NCBI GenBank assembly: GCA_963663365.2
Contig: CAXXIH010000001.1
Location: 875,209 to 939,208, forward strand
Reading direction: 5' to 3'
Length of the DNA stretch: 64,000 nt
DNA from: a bacterium
GTDB lineage: Bacteria > Hinthialibacterota > Hinthialibacteria > Hinthialibacterales > G963663365
Positions 27,319-37,048 of this stretch are shown in pieces (within the stretch, counting starts at the first letter, position 1; every line of letters begins with the position of its first letter). A model generated the notes under the pieces. It did no database searches. It saw only the letters and a list, made by a program, of their open reading frames with translations, and was not told where the DNA came from. The position numbers and the translations under genes were made by a program.

Positions 27319-28365
27319 TTAGGTTGTTTCACCGCCGCAGCTGCTTCCGGCTCCGGCGGTACATCCCAGGCAATGCGCGCCGAATTGAATCTCCCGGTCC
27401 AATAACCGCTGCAAATTGAAGTCGAAAATGGTTTTGGGGGCCTGCGGATCGACTTCCATATCAAGCATTTGGTTAAAGTCACAATCATACAAACGTCCAT
27501 CATAACCCACGCTGATCATGGTCCGGCACATGACATTTGCCGCGGCTATGGGATTGAACGCTTCGATTAGCCGATCCATATACTCTTCATATGCCCCCAT
27601 TCGTTTCAGCTGGTTTTTGAACCGGTGGATGGGCATGTTTGTAATGGCAAATAAATTGTTAAAGGCCACATCGTATTTTTCTCGAAGTTCTTTTCTATAT
27701 TGCGGTTCGAGTTCGGATTCGGGGGCGGGCAGGAACGCTCCCACGGGATTGTAGACCAGATTCAATTCCAAACCGGTCTCTGTCGATCCATATCCCTGCT
27801 GATTTAATAGACGTATGGCCTCAACGCTTTTTCCGAACACGCCTTTTCCGCGCTGTTTGTCCGTGAAGTATTCCTGGTAATAGGGCAGTGACGATACGAC
27901 TTCGACATGGTGCCCGGCAAAGAACTCGGGGAGGTAAGTTTTACTCTCGCCGGTTTGGGGATTGCCGTCAAAGGTTACGGTTAGGTTGTGGCGGACGATG
28001 ACATGCTTGCCGAGTTTCCTCGCTTCGATTACCAGATCATCGAAGTGCGGATTAAGTTCGGGGGCTCCGCCGGTAATGTCAAGCACTTCGATTCCTTTGT
28101 GCTCGGCCAGGATTTCCAAACATCGCTCTAGGGTTGGACGATCCATTTGTTCCGTACGAATCGGCGAGGCATCAACATGGCAATGGTGGCAGGCCTGGTT
28201 GCAAAGCCTGGTGATGTTGACCTGCAGTGTGTTAACCGACATCGGCGGCAATGAGAGATTGAATTTGTCCAGGATCTCATAGAAATTGTATAGCGAATCC
28301 GATTCCGATAGTGCGGCTGTGCATGACAAATGTTCCGCCGATTGAATGACCGGTAACTCAGGCAT
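27319..28365 (-). CDS. arsS: Radical SAM/Cys-rich-domain protein, arsenosugar biosynthesis ArsS-like
   Basis: Radical-SAM motif CNQACHHCH and a C-terminal Cys-rich tail CLGCTAGAGSSCGGE. It is paired with the AhpD-like gene upstream. The likely start is MPELPV at 28365. Confidence 0.65.
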   Translation of the reverse strand: MPELPVIQSAEHLSCTAALSESDSLYNFYEILDKFNLSLPPMSVNTLQVNITRLCNQACHHCHVDASPIRTEQMDRPTLERCLEILAEHKGIEVLDITGGAPELNPHFDDLVIEARKLGKHVIVRHNLTVTFDGNPQTGESKTYLPEFFAGHHVEVVSSLPYYQEYFTDKQRGKGVFGKSVEAIRLLNQQGYGSTETGLELNLVYNPVGAFLPAPESELEPQYRKELREKYDVAFNNLFAITNMPIHRFKNQLKRMGAYEEYMDRLIEAFNPIAAANVMCRTMISVGYDGRLYDCDFNQMLDMEVDPQAPKTIFDFNLQRLLDREIQFGAHCLGCTAGAGSSCGGETT

Positions 28366-28405
28366 AATCCATTCCTTTAACTTGATGATTGTCCGGGAGC
28401 CGGTT

Positions 28406-28738
28406 TTAGGCTCCGTAGCGATCCAATGCGTTGTGCATTTGGATGCCATGAATCAGCGTCATGCCGGCCTCCATGGCGGCGGCGACGTGGATTGCTTCGG
28501 TCATCTCTTCCGGATTTGAGCCGTTTTCCAAGCACTGCAAACTATAGACATCGATGCAGTATGGGCACTCTTTGGCATGAGCCACGGCCAAAGCGATCAG
28601 CGCTTTTTCGCGTTTGGTAAGCGCACCATCCGCGCCTGTGACGGCGCCGTAGTATTCAAAGAACTTATCCAACAACTCTTTGCGGAATTTGCCGACTTCG
28701 GGAAGCCGTTTTGCATCTTTTGAATCGTAATAGTTCAT
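28406..28738 (-). CDS. AhpD/carboxymuconolactone-decarboxylase-family peroxidase-like protein (arsenosugar-associated type)
   Basis: 110 aa with the CPYC motif (AHAKECPYCIDV). It lies immediately upstream of the ArsS-like gene. Confidence 0.6.
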   Translation of the reverse strand: MNYYDSKDAKRLPEVGKFRKELLDKFFEYYGAVTGADGALTKREKALIALAVAHAKECPYCIDVYSLQCLENGSNPEEMTEAIHVAAAMEAGMTLIHGIQMHNALDRYGA

Positions 28739-28912
28739 TGTTTTGCCTCGTTGCCCGGAGGATGGATGTTGGAATCCCGTATCTCCCCAAGCAGTATCCC
28801 GTAGATTCTTGCCGCATCAAGATTGGATATGCCGGATGGTTTCTATTACGTTTCAAAATCCGGAAAAATGAATGGTTTTAGATGAAAAAGCCGGAAATGA
28901 GATGGTTTTCGA

Positions 28913-30340
28913 TCACTTTGATGTGGCTGCAACATGATCCGGCAGGATTCTCTTCTCACCCGCGATCGAGACGATACCGGCAAATATCCCCAACCAGAAA
29001 CTGGTTCTGGTTTGGTGGAAAAGAGGTGCAAAAACTCCAACGCAGCAGATTGCGGTTAGAACCGCCAGGAAAATCTCGGCCCGGAACTTGGTCTGAGCAT
29101 CACTGTTTTTTCGGTCACGCAATGCGAGGGCGGCCAAAGACAATAGGAACCAACAAACACACAGAAGTCCACCGAATCCCATCTTGGCGGCGGCCCATAA
29201 ATAAGTATTGTGAATTCCGAGAAGATTGGTTCGCGATAAAAAGATGATCATCGTCAGTATCCCGCCCATGCCGATGCCCAGCCAAGGATTCATGCGTATG
29301 GCAATCAGTGCGTTTTTCCATTCGACGATACGATAGTTGGCGCTGCTTTCTTTTTTCGGTTGGAAGATCGATGCGACACGGGATGAGAACGCATACCAGT
29401 TTCCGGTGGCGATGATTAACGCAAGTCCCAAAAAGGCGGCAATTGCACTGTATGTTAAAAGTCTGCGCCGTGCATCACCATCAAACAATAAAAAGAGCAC
29501 GCCAATCCCCGCCACAAGTCCAATGTAAAAGGACCGTTTGTAAGACATCAAAAAACTGAATACAACCGGGAATGAAAGCAGCCACCACAACAATTGACCA
29601 GGCAGGCGTATGCGGCGGAACCAAGCGGCCGCCATGATGAGAAGATAAGTTGTAAAATTAAGCCCATCTCCCCATCCCGTAAAAATGGCCCGTATACGCC
29701 ATTTCACCATGAGCCCCTCACCATGTGCGTAGAGCCACATGCCGTGGATACCCTTAAGGCCGGTCGCCGCCAAAAAGATCAGCAGGAATGTGTCGAATTT
29801 ACGGCGGTTGTCGATCAGATTTGTGAATAGGAAGTAGGCCGCGAAAAAATGCACCATCCGGCGGGGCTCATAAATACGTGTCCAATTGCCCGAGTTGTAT
29901 CCTCCCGTTAGATATCCGATGACGGTCATGACCGCCAAGGCCAGAATAGGGATATCCATCCGGGAGCGGACGATGCGCAAGCGGTAGCGCACCAGCATTG
30001 CTCCGGCGAGCAAAAGGATCATCAATTCGAAGATATTGCCGTGAAAGTAGGGGAGGGAATCGTAGTAGATGGTTGGCCTTAGATCTTCTGTCCGCAGCAA
30101 AATATCTTCAGTGCAAAGTACTTGTGCGGCGAAAAGCAATGATAGCCCGAGCCAAGGTTGCCAACAGATCAGCAACAAGGCGATTGCCCCCCCCAGTATG
30201 GGTACAAAACCTACGGGCAAGGTCCATAAGGCCGTGGCCGCGATCAAGAGCGCCAGCGCCAAAGGCATGGGCCATAATTTGGGCCATGCGCTTTCCCGTA
30301 TGATTCCGGTTATCGGTTGGACAAATCGTGTTGTTGACAT
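28913..30340 (-). CDS. O-antigen ligase/polymerase-family (Wzy_C) membrane protein
   Basis: 475-aa polytopic ORF with the motif GIHNTYLWAAAKMGFGG, typical of the family. Confidence 0.6.
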   Translation of the reverse strand: MSTTRFVQPITGIIRESAWPKLWPMPLALALLIAATALWTLPVGFVPILGGAIALLLICWQPWLGLSLLFAAQVLCTEDILLRTEDLRPTIYYDSLPYFHGNIFELMILLLAGAMLVRYRLRIVRSRMDIPILALAVMTVIGYLTGGYNSGNWTRIYEPRRMVHFFAAYFLFTNLIDNRRKFDTFLLIFLAATGLKGIHGMWLYAHGEGLMVKWRIRAIFTGWGDGLNFTTYLLIMAAAWFRRIRLPGQLLWWLLSFPVVFSFLMSYKRSFYIGLVAGIGVLFLLFDGDARRRLLTYSAIAAFLGLALIIATGNWYAFSSRVASIFQPKKESSANYRIVEWKNALIAIRMNPWLGIGMGGILTMIIFLSRTNLLGIHNTYLWAAAKMGFGGLLCVCWFLLSLAALALRDRKNSDAQTKFRAEIFLAVLTAICCVGVFAPLFHQTRTSFWLGIFAGIVSIAGEKRILPDHVAATSK

Positions 30341-30468
30341 ACTGAATGAATACCAAGGGCGCCATGAAATATGGATGCACCCAGCAACATTCTGGCGTTT
30401 GAATTTACCGCGTCAACGGAACTTGAGTGAGTGATTGTTTTCGCAAATGGTAAGTGAGGTGTCGTAGT

Positions 30469-31980
30469 TTAGTACATCAACCATTCTTGAATGGATACCT
30501 CAGGGGCATGAAGAATTCTGATTTGCGGGATTTCGCCGGATAAATCATCAACATTGGCCATAACCGCCACCGTATTCCCGGTGTAAGCACAGGCCGGATC
30601 TTTGGATACATAGCCGAACGGATCGTCCAGCTTGTTGCTGTCTCCATCGTATACAATGAACGAAGGCGTTTGGGGGATTCCATCGGCATCGAAAAACCTT
30701 CCCACGATGGGACGATGCGACTCAAATCCACCCGTGCCCGGTTTTCCCGTATCCCAGCAGACAAAGAAATGCCCATCGGCCCGGATTGCGATATCCGCTT
30801 TGCCGAAGGTACTAATCTCCCCTTCAGCGGGCTGATTTGCGCCATCATCGACTTTAATAACATCCAAGAGGTCGCCCTCGAGGTTGAAACGCAGCACACC
30901 GAGATGATAACCACCTAAGCGATTGCCATCTGAATCGGAATTCATGAATTTCTGCAGGACATAAAATGTATCTTGGCCGTTTGAGGCGATCGCGCCGATC
31001 TCGCTTTGCAGACCTTCATCCGGGAGACCCAATTCGGGATAAGCCGGTTTGATGAGTATGCCATCATCTGTTTCCAGGATATCCGAGATGCCGATAGGTC
31101 CTTCGATGATCCCGCCATGTTCATCTAAGAAGACCAGTTGCTCGCCGCCTTGTTCATACCGGGCGAGAAAGACCTGCCCCGCAGCAGCAAGTCCGTTTGA
31201 GGCTTGCACATTGATCGGAAGCGGGGCGCTGACCGGTGTCGGGGGACTCATCGGGTTGCCTGTTTCCCCATCAAAACGGGAGAGTGTTAAAACGCTGGTT
31301 GATCTCGACTCGTATTCCTCTCCCAATCCGGCCCCGCCGCGTTTGTTGACAGCCAAAACAGCCAATGTTCCATCTGCGATAAACGCTGCTCCGGCCACTT
31401 CGATATCGCGTCCGGTTAGTCCTCCGAAATCAAACAGATTGGGTCGATAACCATTGCGCATTGGTGTACGCGGCGTTGCGGTGTTGTTTGTGATCTGGAA
31501 TACGCCGTACTCGCCGCCATCGCCTCTGGGGAATTCAGATTCGGGCATCACTGTCCGGCTGTGATCGGCGGGGGCGACAGTGCTGACAACGGCAAAACGA
31601 CCTTGGTCACCGTCCAGAGCCGTGTCGATTGCGACGTGTGTGTCTGAGGTGAATAGGTTTGAAGGTATGTTGTTGCTGTGCCACACCGTAGGGCGCAAAA
31701 AGTCGCCATCAGGCGGAAATACGATTGAACCTCCGGCGGTAATTAAGGCATGAGATTGAGGATTAGAATCGATGCCTATGAGGTAATTGGAGTTGGACAG
31801 CCCGGCGAGAAAAAAAGGCCCGTCATCAAAAAAGACCAGTAGATTATCGGTAACCGGCGTAATACCGGATTCTTCAAAGGGTACGATAATTGAACTGCTA
31901 TCTTGGCTAAGGCTTACTTGAGCCGAAAGTGTAACAATATATAGCATCCAAAACGCGGGCAGTATTTTATAAATTCTCAT
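30469..31980 (-). CDS. Secreted hypothetical protein (beta-rich)
   Basis: Signal-like N-terminus MRIYKILPAFWMLYIVTLSAQVS. No family motif recognised. Confidence 0.5.
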   Translation of the reverse strand: MRIYKILPAFWMLYIVTLSAQVSLSQDSSSIIVPFEESGITPVTDNLLVFFDDGPFFLAGLSNSNYLIGIDSNPQSHALITAGGSIVFPPDGDFLRPTVWHSNNIPSNLFTSDTHVAIDTALDGDQGRFAVVSTVAPADHSRTVMPESEFPRGDGGEYGVFQITNNTATPRTPMRNGYRPNLFDFGGLTGRDIEVAGAAFIADGTLAVLAVNKRGGAGLGEEYESRSTSVLTLSRFDGETGNPMSPPTPVSAPLPINVQASNGLAAAGQVFLARYEQGGEQLVFLDEHGGIIEGPIGISDILETDDGILIKPAYPELGLPDEGLQSEIGAIASNGQDTFYVLQKFMNSDSDGNRLGGYHLGVLRFNLEGDLLDVIKVDDGANQPAEGEISTFGKADIAIRADGHFFVCWDTGKPGTGGFESHRPIVGRFFDADGIPQTPSFIVYDGDSNKLDDPFGYVSKDPACAYTGNTVAVMANVDDLSGEIPQIRILHAPEVSIQEWLMY

Positions 31981-32046
31981 TTCTCTTCCCACTTAGCTCC
32001 GGCAGAGAAGGAATCTATCACAAGACTCAAAAGCGTCAGGATGAAA

Positions 32047-33072
32047 TTAAATTACCGAAGGAAGCGCCTGCCAGGGTTGGCACAACACCTCATAGCGCTT
32101 GCGGCAATATGTAAGGTATTCATCGTCATCAACTCTGGCCGCCAGTGTATCCAAGTCAATTGACCAAACGTCTGATTGGCCTTCATGGTTATGGATGTAA
32201 TCCATCTGGAATAAGCGGTCCAATGCCTGGCTGATGAGACGTTTGCGCATATCGGCACTGTGCTCCGCGTAAACACCTCCGCTGGCAATGAAGTCGATGA
32301 GGGCATTTTTCCGAAATGTCGACAGGGCCATGGATAGGTCGCCGTAATGCTTGCGGCATAGAGACAATAGGCATGATGCGACGCTACGCGTTTCTGCATC
32401 CATGCTGGTTTTGGGTTCTGCCAGCCCGGGACTGTAAGTCTGCTCGATGTAGTGGTACATCATGTTTAGATCGGACATGCGCAATGAGAATACCTGTGCG
32501 CCTTGGGGGCTCGGGTTGAAGGCCAGAACCTCAGCTTGAACCAAGCGGTTACAAATGTTTGCGGCTTGGCCCGCTTCAGCTCCCAATCCGATGGCCAAAT
32601 TGTCCCGCGTTTCTTCAGCGGGCAGATGCACTTCGTCGGCATCGTCATTGCCGACCGCTGCCAATAAAAGCAGGAGATAGATCGTGCGCCGCCAGAATTT
32701 CCAATCGGTAGGAGATACTTCACCGGATTTGATTCGGTTGGCCTCGCGAAGTTTATGTACCAAGAGCCTTACGATAGTAGCGGCGACTTCCGGTGAACGT
32801 TCAAAGATCAGAGCCAGGCGGCCCGCGTTGATAATCGCCACTTTTGTTTCAACAATGGCCGTAACTGTTGCTGAACGTGGCTCTTGATCGATGATGGAGA
32901 ATTCGCCCACCAGCTCATTGGGGCCGAGTTCGGCGAGTATTGTGTCTTCGGTTCCATTACGGCGGGTAACGCGCACTCTGCCGCTGTGGATCAAGTAGGC
33001 TTCACGCCCAGTGCTTCCTTCGCGGCAAATTACTTCGCCCGGTGCATAGACTTTTAGATCATCGTTACCCAT
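32047..33072 (-). CDS. Cyclic-nucleotide-binding-domain protein with an unknown C-terminal domain
   Basis: The N-terminal cNMP-binding pattern is GEVICREGSTGREAYLIHSGRVRV...ELVGEFSIIDQEPRSATVTA. Confidence 0.7.
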   Translation of the reverse strand: MGNDDLKVYAPGEVICREGSTGREAYLIHSGRVRVTRRNGTEDTILAELGPNELVGEFSIIDQEPRSATVTAIVETKVAIINAGRLALIFERSPEVAATIVRLLVHKLREANRIKSGEVSPTDWKFWRRTIYLLLLLAAVGNDDADEVHLPAEETRDNLAIGLGAEAGQAANICNRLVQAEVLAFNPSPQGAQVFSLRMSDLNMMYHYIEQTYSPGLAEPKTSMDAETRSVASCLLSLCRKHYGDLSMALSTFRKNALIDFIASGGVYAEHSADMRKRLISQALDRLFQMDYIHNHEGQSDVWSIDLDTLAARVDDDEYLTYCRKRYEVLCQPWQALPSVI

Positions 33073-33225
33073 TCGTGTTTGTTTCCCGGCTATTTGGCTT
33101 GTTGTCTCAGAAAGTGACCAATTATTGTTAATTATCCGTCGTTGGCACTAATTAGTTTAGCCCAATATCCATGAATCGCTTCTAAATGCCGAAGGTTTGT
33201 GCTGATCCGATAATGAGAATTTAAA

Positions 33226-35865
33226 TCATGAGTCCTTGGTTTTTCGATTTTGCAGCAGATTTTGGAATGGCATATCGCTCTTCCTAAGACTCTCAGCGCT
33301 CCCACGTTTGGCTTTGCCAGATTGCACTGTCTGTGAATCGACGATTTTCTCTGTATCTGCTATCTGGGCCTGAGGCGGGGGGGGCGAAAGCGCCGCTGTA
33401 CTGGAATTTGCTGGTTTCTTTATAACAGGCCCGGATTTTGGCTGTTCTGGCGCAGTTTCTCGTGTGCTGGTTGACCGCGCTTGGTTCTGAGCGGGTTTAA
33501 GTTTTTGAACCGGCTTTTGTTTTTTAGGAGGTTCAGGCTTTTTATCTGCAACTGGAGGTTCGGATTCCGATTCCGTATAGGCATCCGGAGCATTTCCCGT
33601 ATTTACAACCGATGCTGATTGTTCCGCAAGATTTTCCGGGATAAAGGGAATTTCTTCTTCCGACTCGTCAAATTGCGGGCTTGCTTTCCGTTTCTTGAAC
33701 GCGAGGGCTCCTATTGCTGCCATAATGCAAAGCAGTAGTGCCAAAAGAGGAAGATATAAATTCCACGGAATCTCCTTGCCGTCCCCCGCTCCGGTTTGGG
33801 AATCCGTGGCAAGAGAGAGCGCGGGTGTCATGTCCGTGATTTGATCAGATGCAGGCAGCGATTGGCCCATGGATGTATTGCCAGCTTGTGCGGGGCCTGC
33901 AGCACCTGCGGCACCGCCATTCGCACCATTTTGCCCTGACCCTGATCCACCTCCTGAACCGCCCCCGCCGGGACCGCCTGCACCAAGTCCCTGTTGGCGT
34001 TTTTTGCGTTCCTCGGCTTCTGATTCGGATTTCCCGGATTCTCTCCCACTTGCAATTTCGCCGCCTCCCGGGCGCACATAAAGTGCTTCTCCTTCTTGGC
34101 TGGGATAAGCCGATCCGCCGCCATTACCTAATTGTGCAAGGCCCGAGAGTTGTTCTGTAGCACGGTTTGCTGCTTGTCCTCCCGCTGCGGCTATGACTCC
34201 AAGAACGTTGTCCTTGTTTTTTTCCCCTGATTTTTGTTCGTTTCTGTCATGAACGCTTCCGGCTTGCGCGCCATTCGTTTGGCCTCCGGATGGATTTGCC
34301 GCAGCCCCTCCGCCTATCTGAGCATTTGCAGTGCCTCCGCTGGGGTCTCCAGCATTCGCGGTCGTGCTGTTTGCCGAATTATCTGTTGTACCGGGATTCT
34401 TATCACCGCCATTTGAGGACGAATCGGCGCTGTTTGGCGCGGCATCGCCGGATGCCTCCGAGCCGGAGCCTGCTCCGGAAGGCGAAGCCGCATTGCCGCT
34501 GGGGCTATCGGTTCCACCTCCGCCAGCGTCCGGGTTTCTTCCGTTATTCGAACCACTCCCGCCTGTATCGCTGTTACCTGCGCCAGCCTCGCCACCCGAT
34601 TCGCCGCCACTTTGCATACCGGAAATGGGTTGGCCACCATCTATGGGTGCTGAGACCGCCACAACAGGCGGATTTTCTCCGGATGAATTTCCCGATTCAT
34701 CTCCAGTGGTCCCGGCGACTGCAACTTCCCCGGCGTTGCCTGAGTCTGATTGACTATTCTCATTGCCATCGGTGCTTGCGCCGGTTGATGAATCGGTTGT
34801 ATTTCCGCTGCCAGTTCCACCCGAAAATCCGCCTCCTCCGGCCAGGGCTTGATCTTGTTCTTCTTTTGGGACGTATGTTAAGCGGACTTCATCCAGCACC
34901 AAATCGCTGAGATAGGATTTGGGAAATACGATTTGATATTGCAGCGCATAGGCTTCTGAATCGAGCTGCAATGGAGAACTGCGGTAATGGCCGCTCCATT
35001 TTCCGTAAACCTGTTTTTCCGATTCGGTTAGTCTGTAGCGTAAGGTCATTCCCCGTAGAGTGTTGTTTTCCGGAATCCACTCCAATTTTTTTAGGGTGCC
35101 TTTGCCGCCTAAGTTGAATTCGCCAAATAGACATGTTCCCGATTGAAGTTGATCAGGAGAGGAAGTCCATTTTTCAAATGAACCACCCAAAAACGATGCA
35201 TCGAGACGTTCGCCCCACTCGATCTGCCGTGCTTCCACACCGGGAGTGCCTATGTAATCAAGGCTGAGCGCGCCCTTGCCGGGAAGATGAAATAGGCCAT
35301 CGGGCATAAGCAAGAGATGTGATATTTGAGTACCGGCAGGAAATTTAGCGATCTCGTTCCATGAACCGCGCTGTCCGAGTTCCGCCCGATACAGAACCGC
35401 GCTGTTTTGCAATTCTCCAAGTGTCCAGAGTGAACCATAGGCCCAGGCTATGTCGTAATTCTTTTGGGAAACGGGCATTAAACCCCATGGAATCCAACCT
35501 TGTGTAGAGTTGTCGCTTCCCGGCGAGTATTGCCAGAGTTCCCGTACGCCCGTATCCCGGATAACCGTGCCAAAAATATGTCCCGGTGCGGCATAGGTCA
35601 TATGATCCTGTCCCTCAGCCGCTACTTGGAATTTTTCCAGAATGGAATCGAATCCGGTGGGAGGTTCCGCCCGGACAACGCCGCGTGATTCAGGCCAAGG
35701 TGTCATTTGACCGGGGCTGAAACAGCGATTGAAATCGGCCTGTGTTGTGTGAGCAACACTCAGTTCTTGGGCGTGCACTTCTCCGTACACAAAAAGCAGT
35801 GCCAACGGCGCTATGAGGCAAAGCGCACGGCTTGTGTGGGAATCAACGGGATGCCAGACTCTCAT
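33226..35865 (-). CDS. Large type-I membrane/surface protein with a ~330-aa Gly/Ser/Asn/Ala-rich low-complexity region
   Basis: Signal peptide, a folded ~340-aa N-domain, a G/S/N/A-rich tract, a TM helix (LYLPLLALLLCIMAAIGALAF) and a Pro/Lys/Glu-rich tail. Confidence 0.6.
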   Translation of the reverse strand: MRVWHPVDSHTSRALCLIAPLALLFVYGEVHAQELSVAHTTQADFNRCFSPGQMTPWPESRGVVRAEPPTGFDSILEKFQVAAEGQDHMTYAAPGHIFGTVIRDTGVRELWQYSPGSDNSTQGWIPWGLMPVSQKNYDIAWAYGSLWTLGELQNSAVLYRAELGQRGSWNEIAKFPAGTQISHLLLMPDGLFHLPGKGALSLDYIGTPGVEARQIEWGERLDASFLGGSFEKWTSSPDQLQSGTCLFGEFNLGGKGTLKKLEWIPENNTLRGMTLRYRLTESEKQVYGKWSGHYRSSPLQLDSEAYALQYQIVFPKSYLSDLVLDEVRLTYVPKEEQDQALAGGGGFSGGTGSGNTTDSSTGASTDGNENSQSDSGNAGEVAVAGTTGDESGNSSGENPPVVAVSAPIDGGQPISGMQSGGESGGEAGAGNSDTGGSGSNNGRNPDAGGGGTDSPSGNAASPSGAGSGSEASGDAAPNSADSSSNGGDKNPGTTDNSANSTTANAGDPSGGTANAQIGGGAAANPSGGQTNGAQAGSVHDRNEQKSGEKNKDNVLGVIAAAGGQAANRATEQLSGLAQLGNGGGSAYPSQEGEALYVRPGGGEIASGRESGKSESEAEERKKRQQGLGAGGPGGGGSGGGSGSGQNGANGGAAGAAGPAQAGNTSMGQSLPASDQITDMTPALSLATDSQTGAGDGKEIPWNLYLPLLALLLCIMAAIGALAFKKRKASPQFDESEEEIPFIPENLAEQSASVVNTGNAPDAYTESESEPPVADKKPEPPKKQKPVQKLKPAQNQARSTSTRETAPEQPKSGPVIKKPANSSTAALSPPPPQAQIADTEKIVDSQTVQSGKAKRGSAESLRKSDMPFQNLLQNRKTKDS

Positions 35866-35943
35866 TTCTTATCAATGCCTGCCAAATGGTACGGCGAAGT
35901 AGAAAATATCAATAGACCGACGCATTTTCGTGGAGAATAACTG

Positions 35944-36915
35944 ATGGCGCTAGCAATCGGTATCGACCTGGGCGGAACGGATATAAAGGCCGGAGTTGTA
36001 TCCCAGGCGGGAGAAATCATTTATCGAACCAAAGTCCCTACCAAAGGGAATGAAGGCGGACCGGCTGTTATTCAGCGGATGGAAGATTTGGTGGGCGAAA
36101 TTCTCGCCGCGCCAGAAATCGCAAGCCGCCGAACTGAGATCACCGGCGTGGGTGTTGGCAGCCCTGGTCTTATCGATCAAAAGAACGGCACGATTACCTG
36201 CCCGGTCAATATCCCCAATTGGGAAGATGCTGCTCCAATTAAATCCCGGTTTGAAGCGAAACACGGGATTCGTACGGAAGTTGACAACGACGCTAATGTC
36301 TGCGCCTTGGGTGAGGCCCTCTTTGGTGCAGGCAAAGGGAAATCCGTGGTGATTGCCTTGACATTAGGCACCGGAATCGGTGGTGGTGTGATTATCAATG
36401 GCAAGGCCTACCATGGCGCACACGGCTATGCAGGCGAATTGGGCCATATTACCGTGCAGCCGGAAGGTCCGCCTTGCAGTTGCGGAAATGAAGGCGATGT
36501 AGAAAGCATCGCTTCGGCCAGTGCCATTGCTCGTTATGCCCAACAACTTGTGAACCAGAGCCTGGATCATGGAAGTCTGTTGGAAAAATGGAGCAAAGAA
36601 GGACAAGTCATTACCAGCAAGCTCGTCTATGAGGCGGCTCTGAAAGAGGACGCCATGGCTCTGCGAATTATTGCCCGTGCCGGCCGTTACCTGGGAGTGG
36701 CGTTATCTTCCATTCTAGTGGCATTCGATCCGGAAATTGTGGTTATTGGCGGTGGCGCCTCCGCTATGGGCGATCTGTTGTTTGACCATGTCCGGCGTGA
36801 GATCAAACAGCGTGTCTTTTTCTCACGCTATCAAGAAACTCCTATCGTCCGCGCTCAACTCGGCGAGGATGCAGGATTCTTTGGCGCAGCCGGATTGACA
36901 TTGCCCGTTTCATAG
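35944..36915 (+). CDS. glk: ROK-family glucokinase
   Basis: GIDLGGTDIKAG, the ROK signature GTGIGGGVII...GELGH and the zinc motif CSCGNEGDVE. Confidence 0.75.
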   Translation: MALAIGIDLGGTDIKAGVVSQAGEIIYRTKVPTKGNEGGPAVIQRMEDLVGEILAAPEIASRRTEITGVGVGSPGLIDQKNGTITCPVNIPNWEDAAPIKSRFEAKHGIRTEVDNDANVCALGEALFGAGKGKSVVIALTLGTGIGGGVIINGKAYHGAHGYAGELGHITVQPEGPPCSCGNEGDVESIASASAIARYAQQLVNQSLDHGSLLEKWSKEGQVITSKLVYEAALKEDAMALRIIARAGRYLGVALSSILVAFDPEIVVIGGGASAMGDLLFDHVRREIKQRVFFSRYQETPIVRAQLGEDAGFFGAAGLTLPVS

Positions 36916-36949
36916 ACATCTGCTGACTTTGATAGCCCGATATAACTGT

Positions 36950-36986
36950 AACGCCCGTTCCTTTTGGTTCGGGCGTTCTTGTTTCT
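36950..36986 (+). terminator. Rho-independent terminator after the glucokinase gene
   Basis: Stem AACGCCCG/CGGGCGTT with a 12-nt loop, followed by CTTGTTTCT. Confidence 0.6.
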
Positions 36987-37048
36987 ATGGCCGCCGTATT
37001 TCCTGTAGCGGGCATTTGTAAAAATCTGCGCAAGCGCTGAATTGTAGA

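Noticed and set aside
33828-34910. Multiple overlapping ORFs (98-206 aa) on both strands
   Set aside because: All lie inside the low-complexity region of the 879-aa gene. They are Pro/Arg/Leu-rich alternative-frame readings of a biased sequence.
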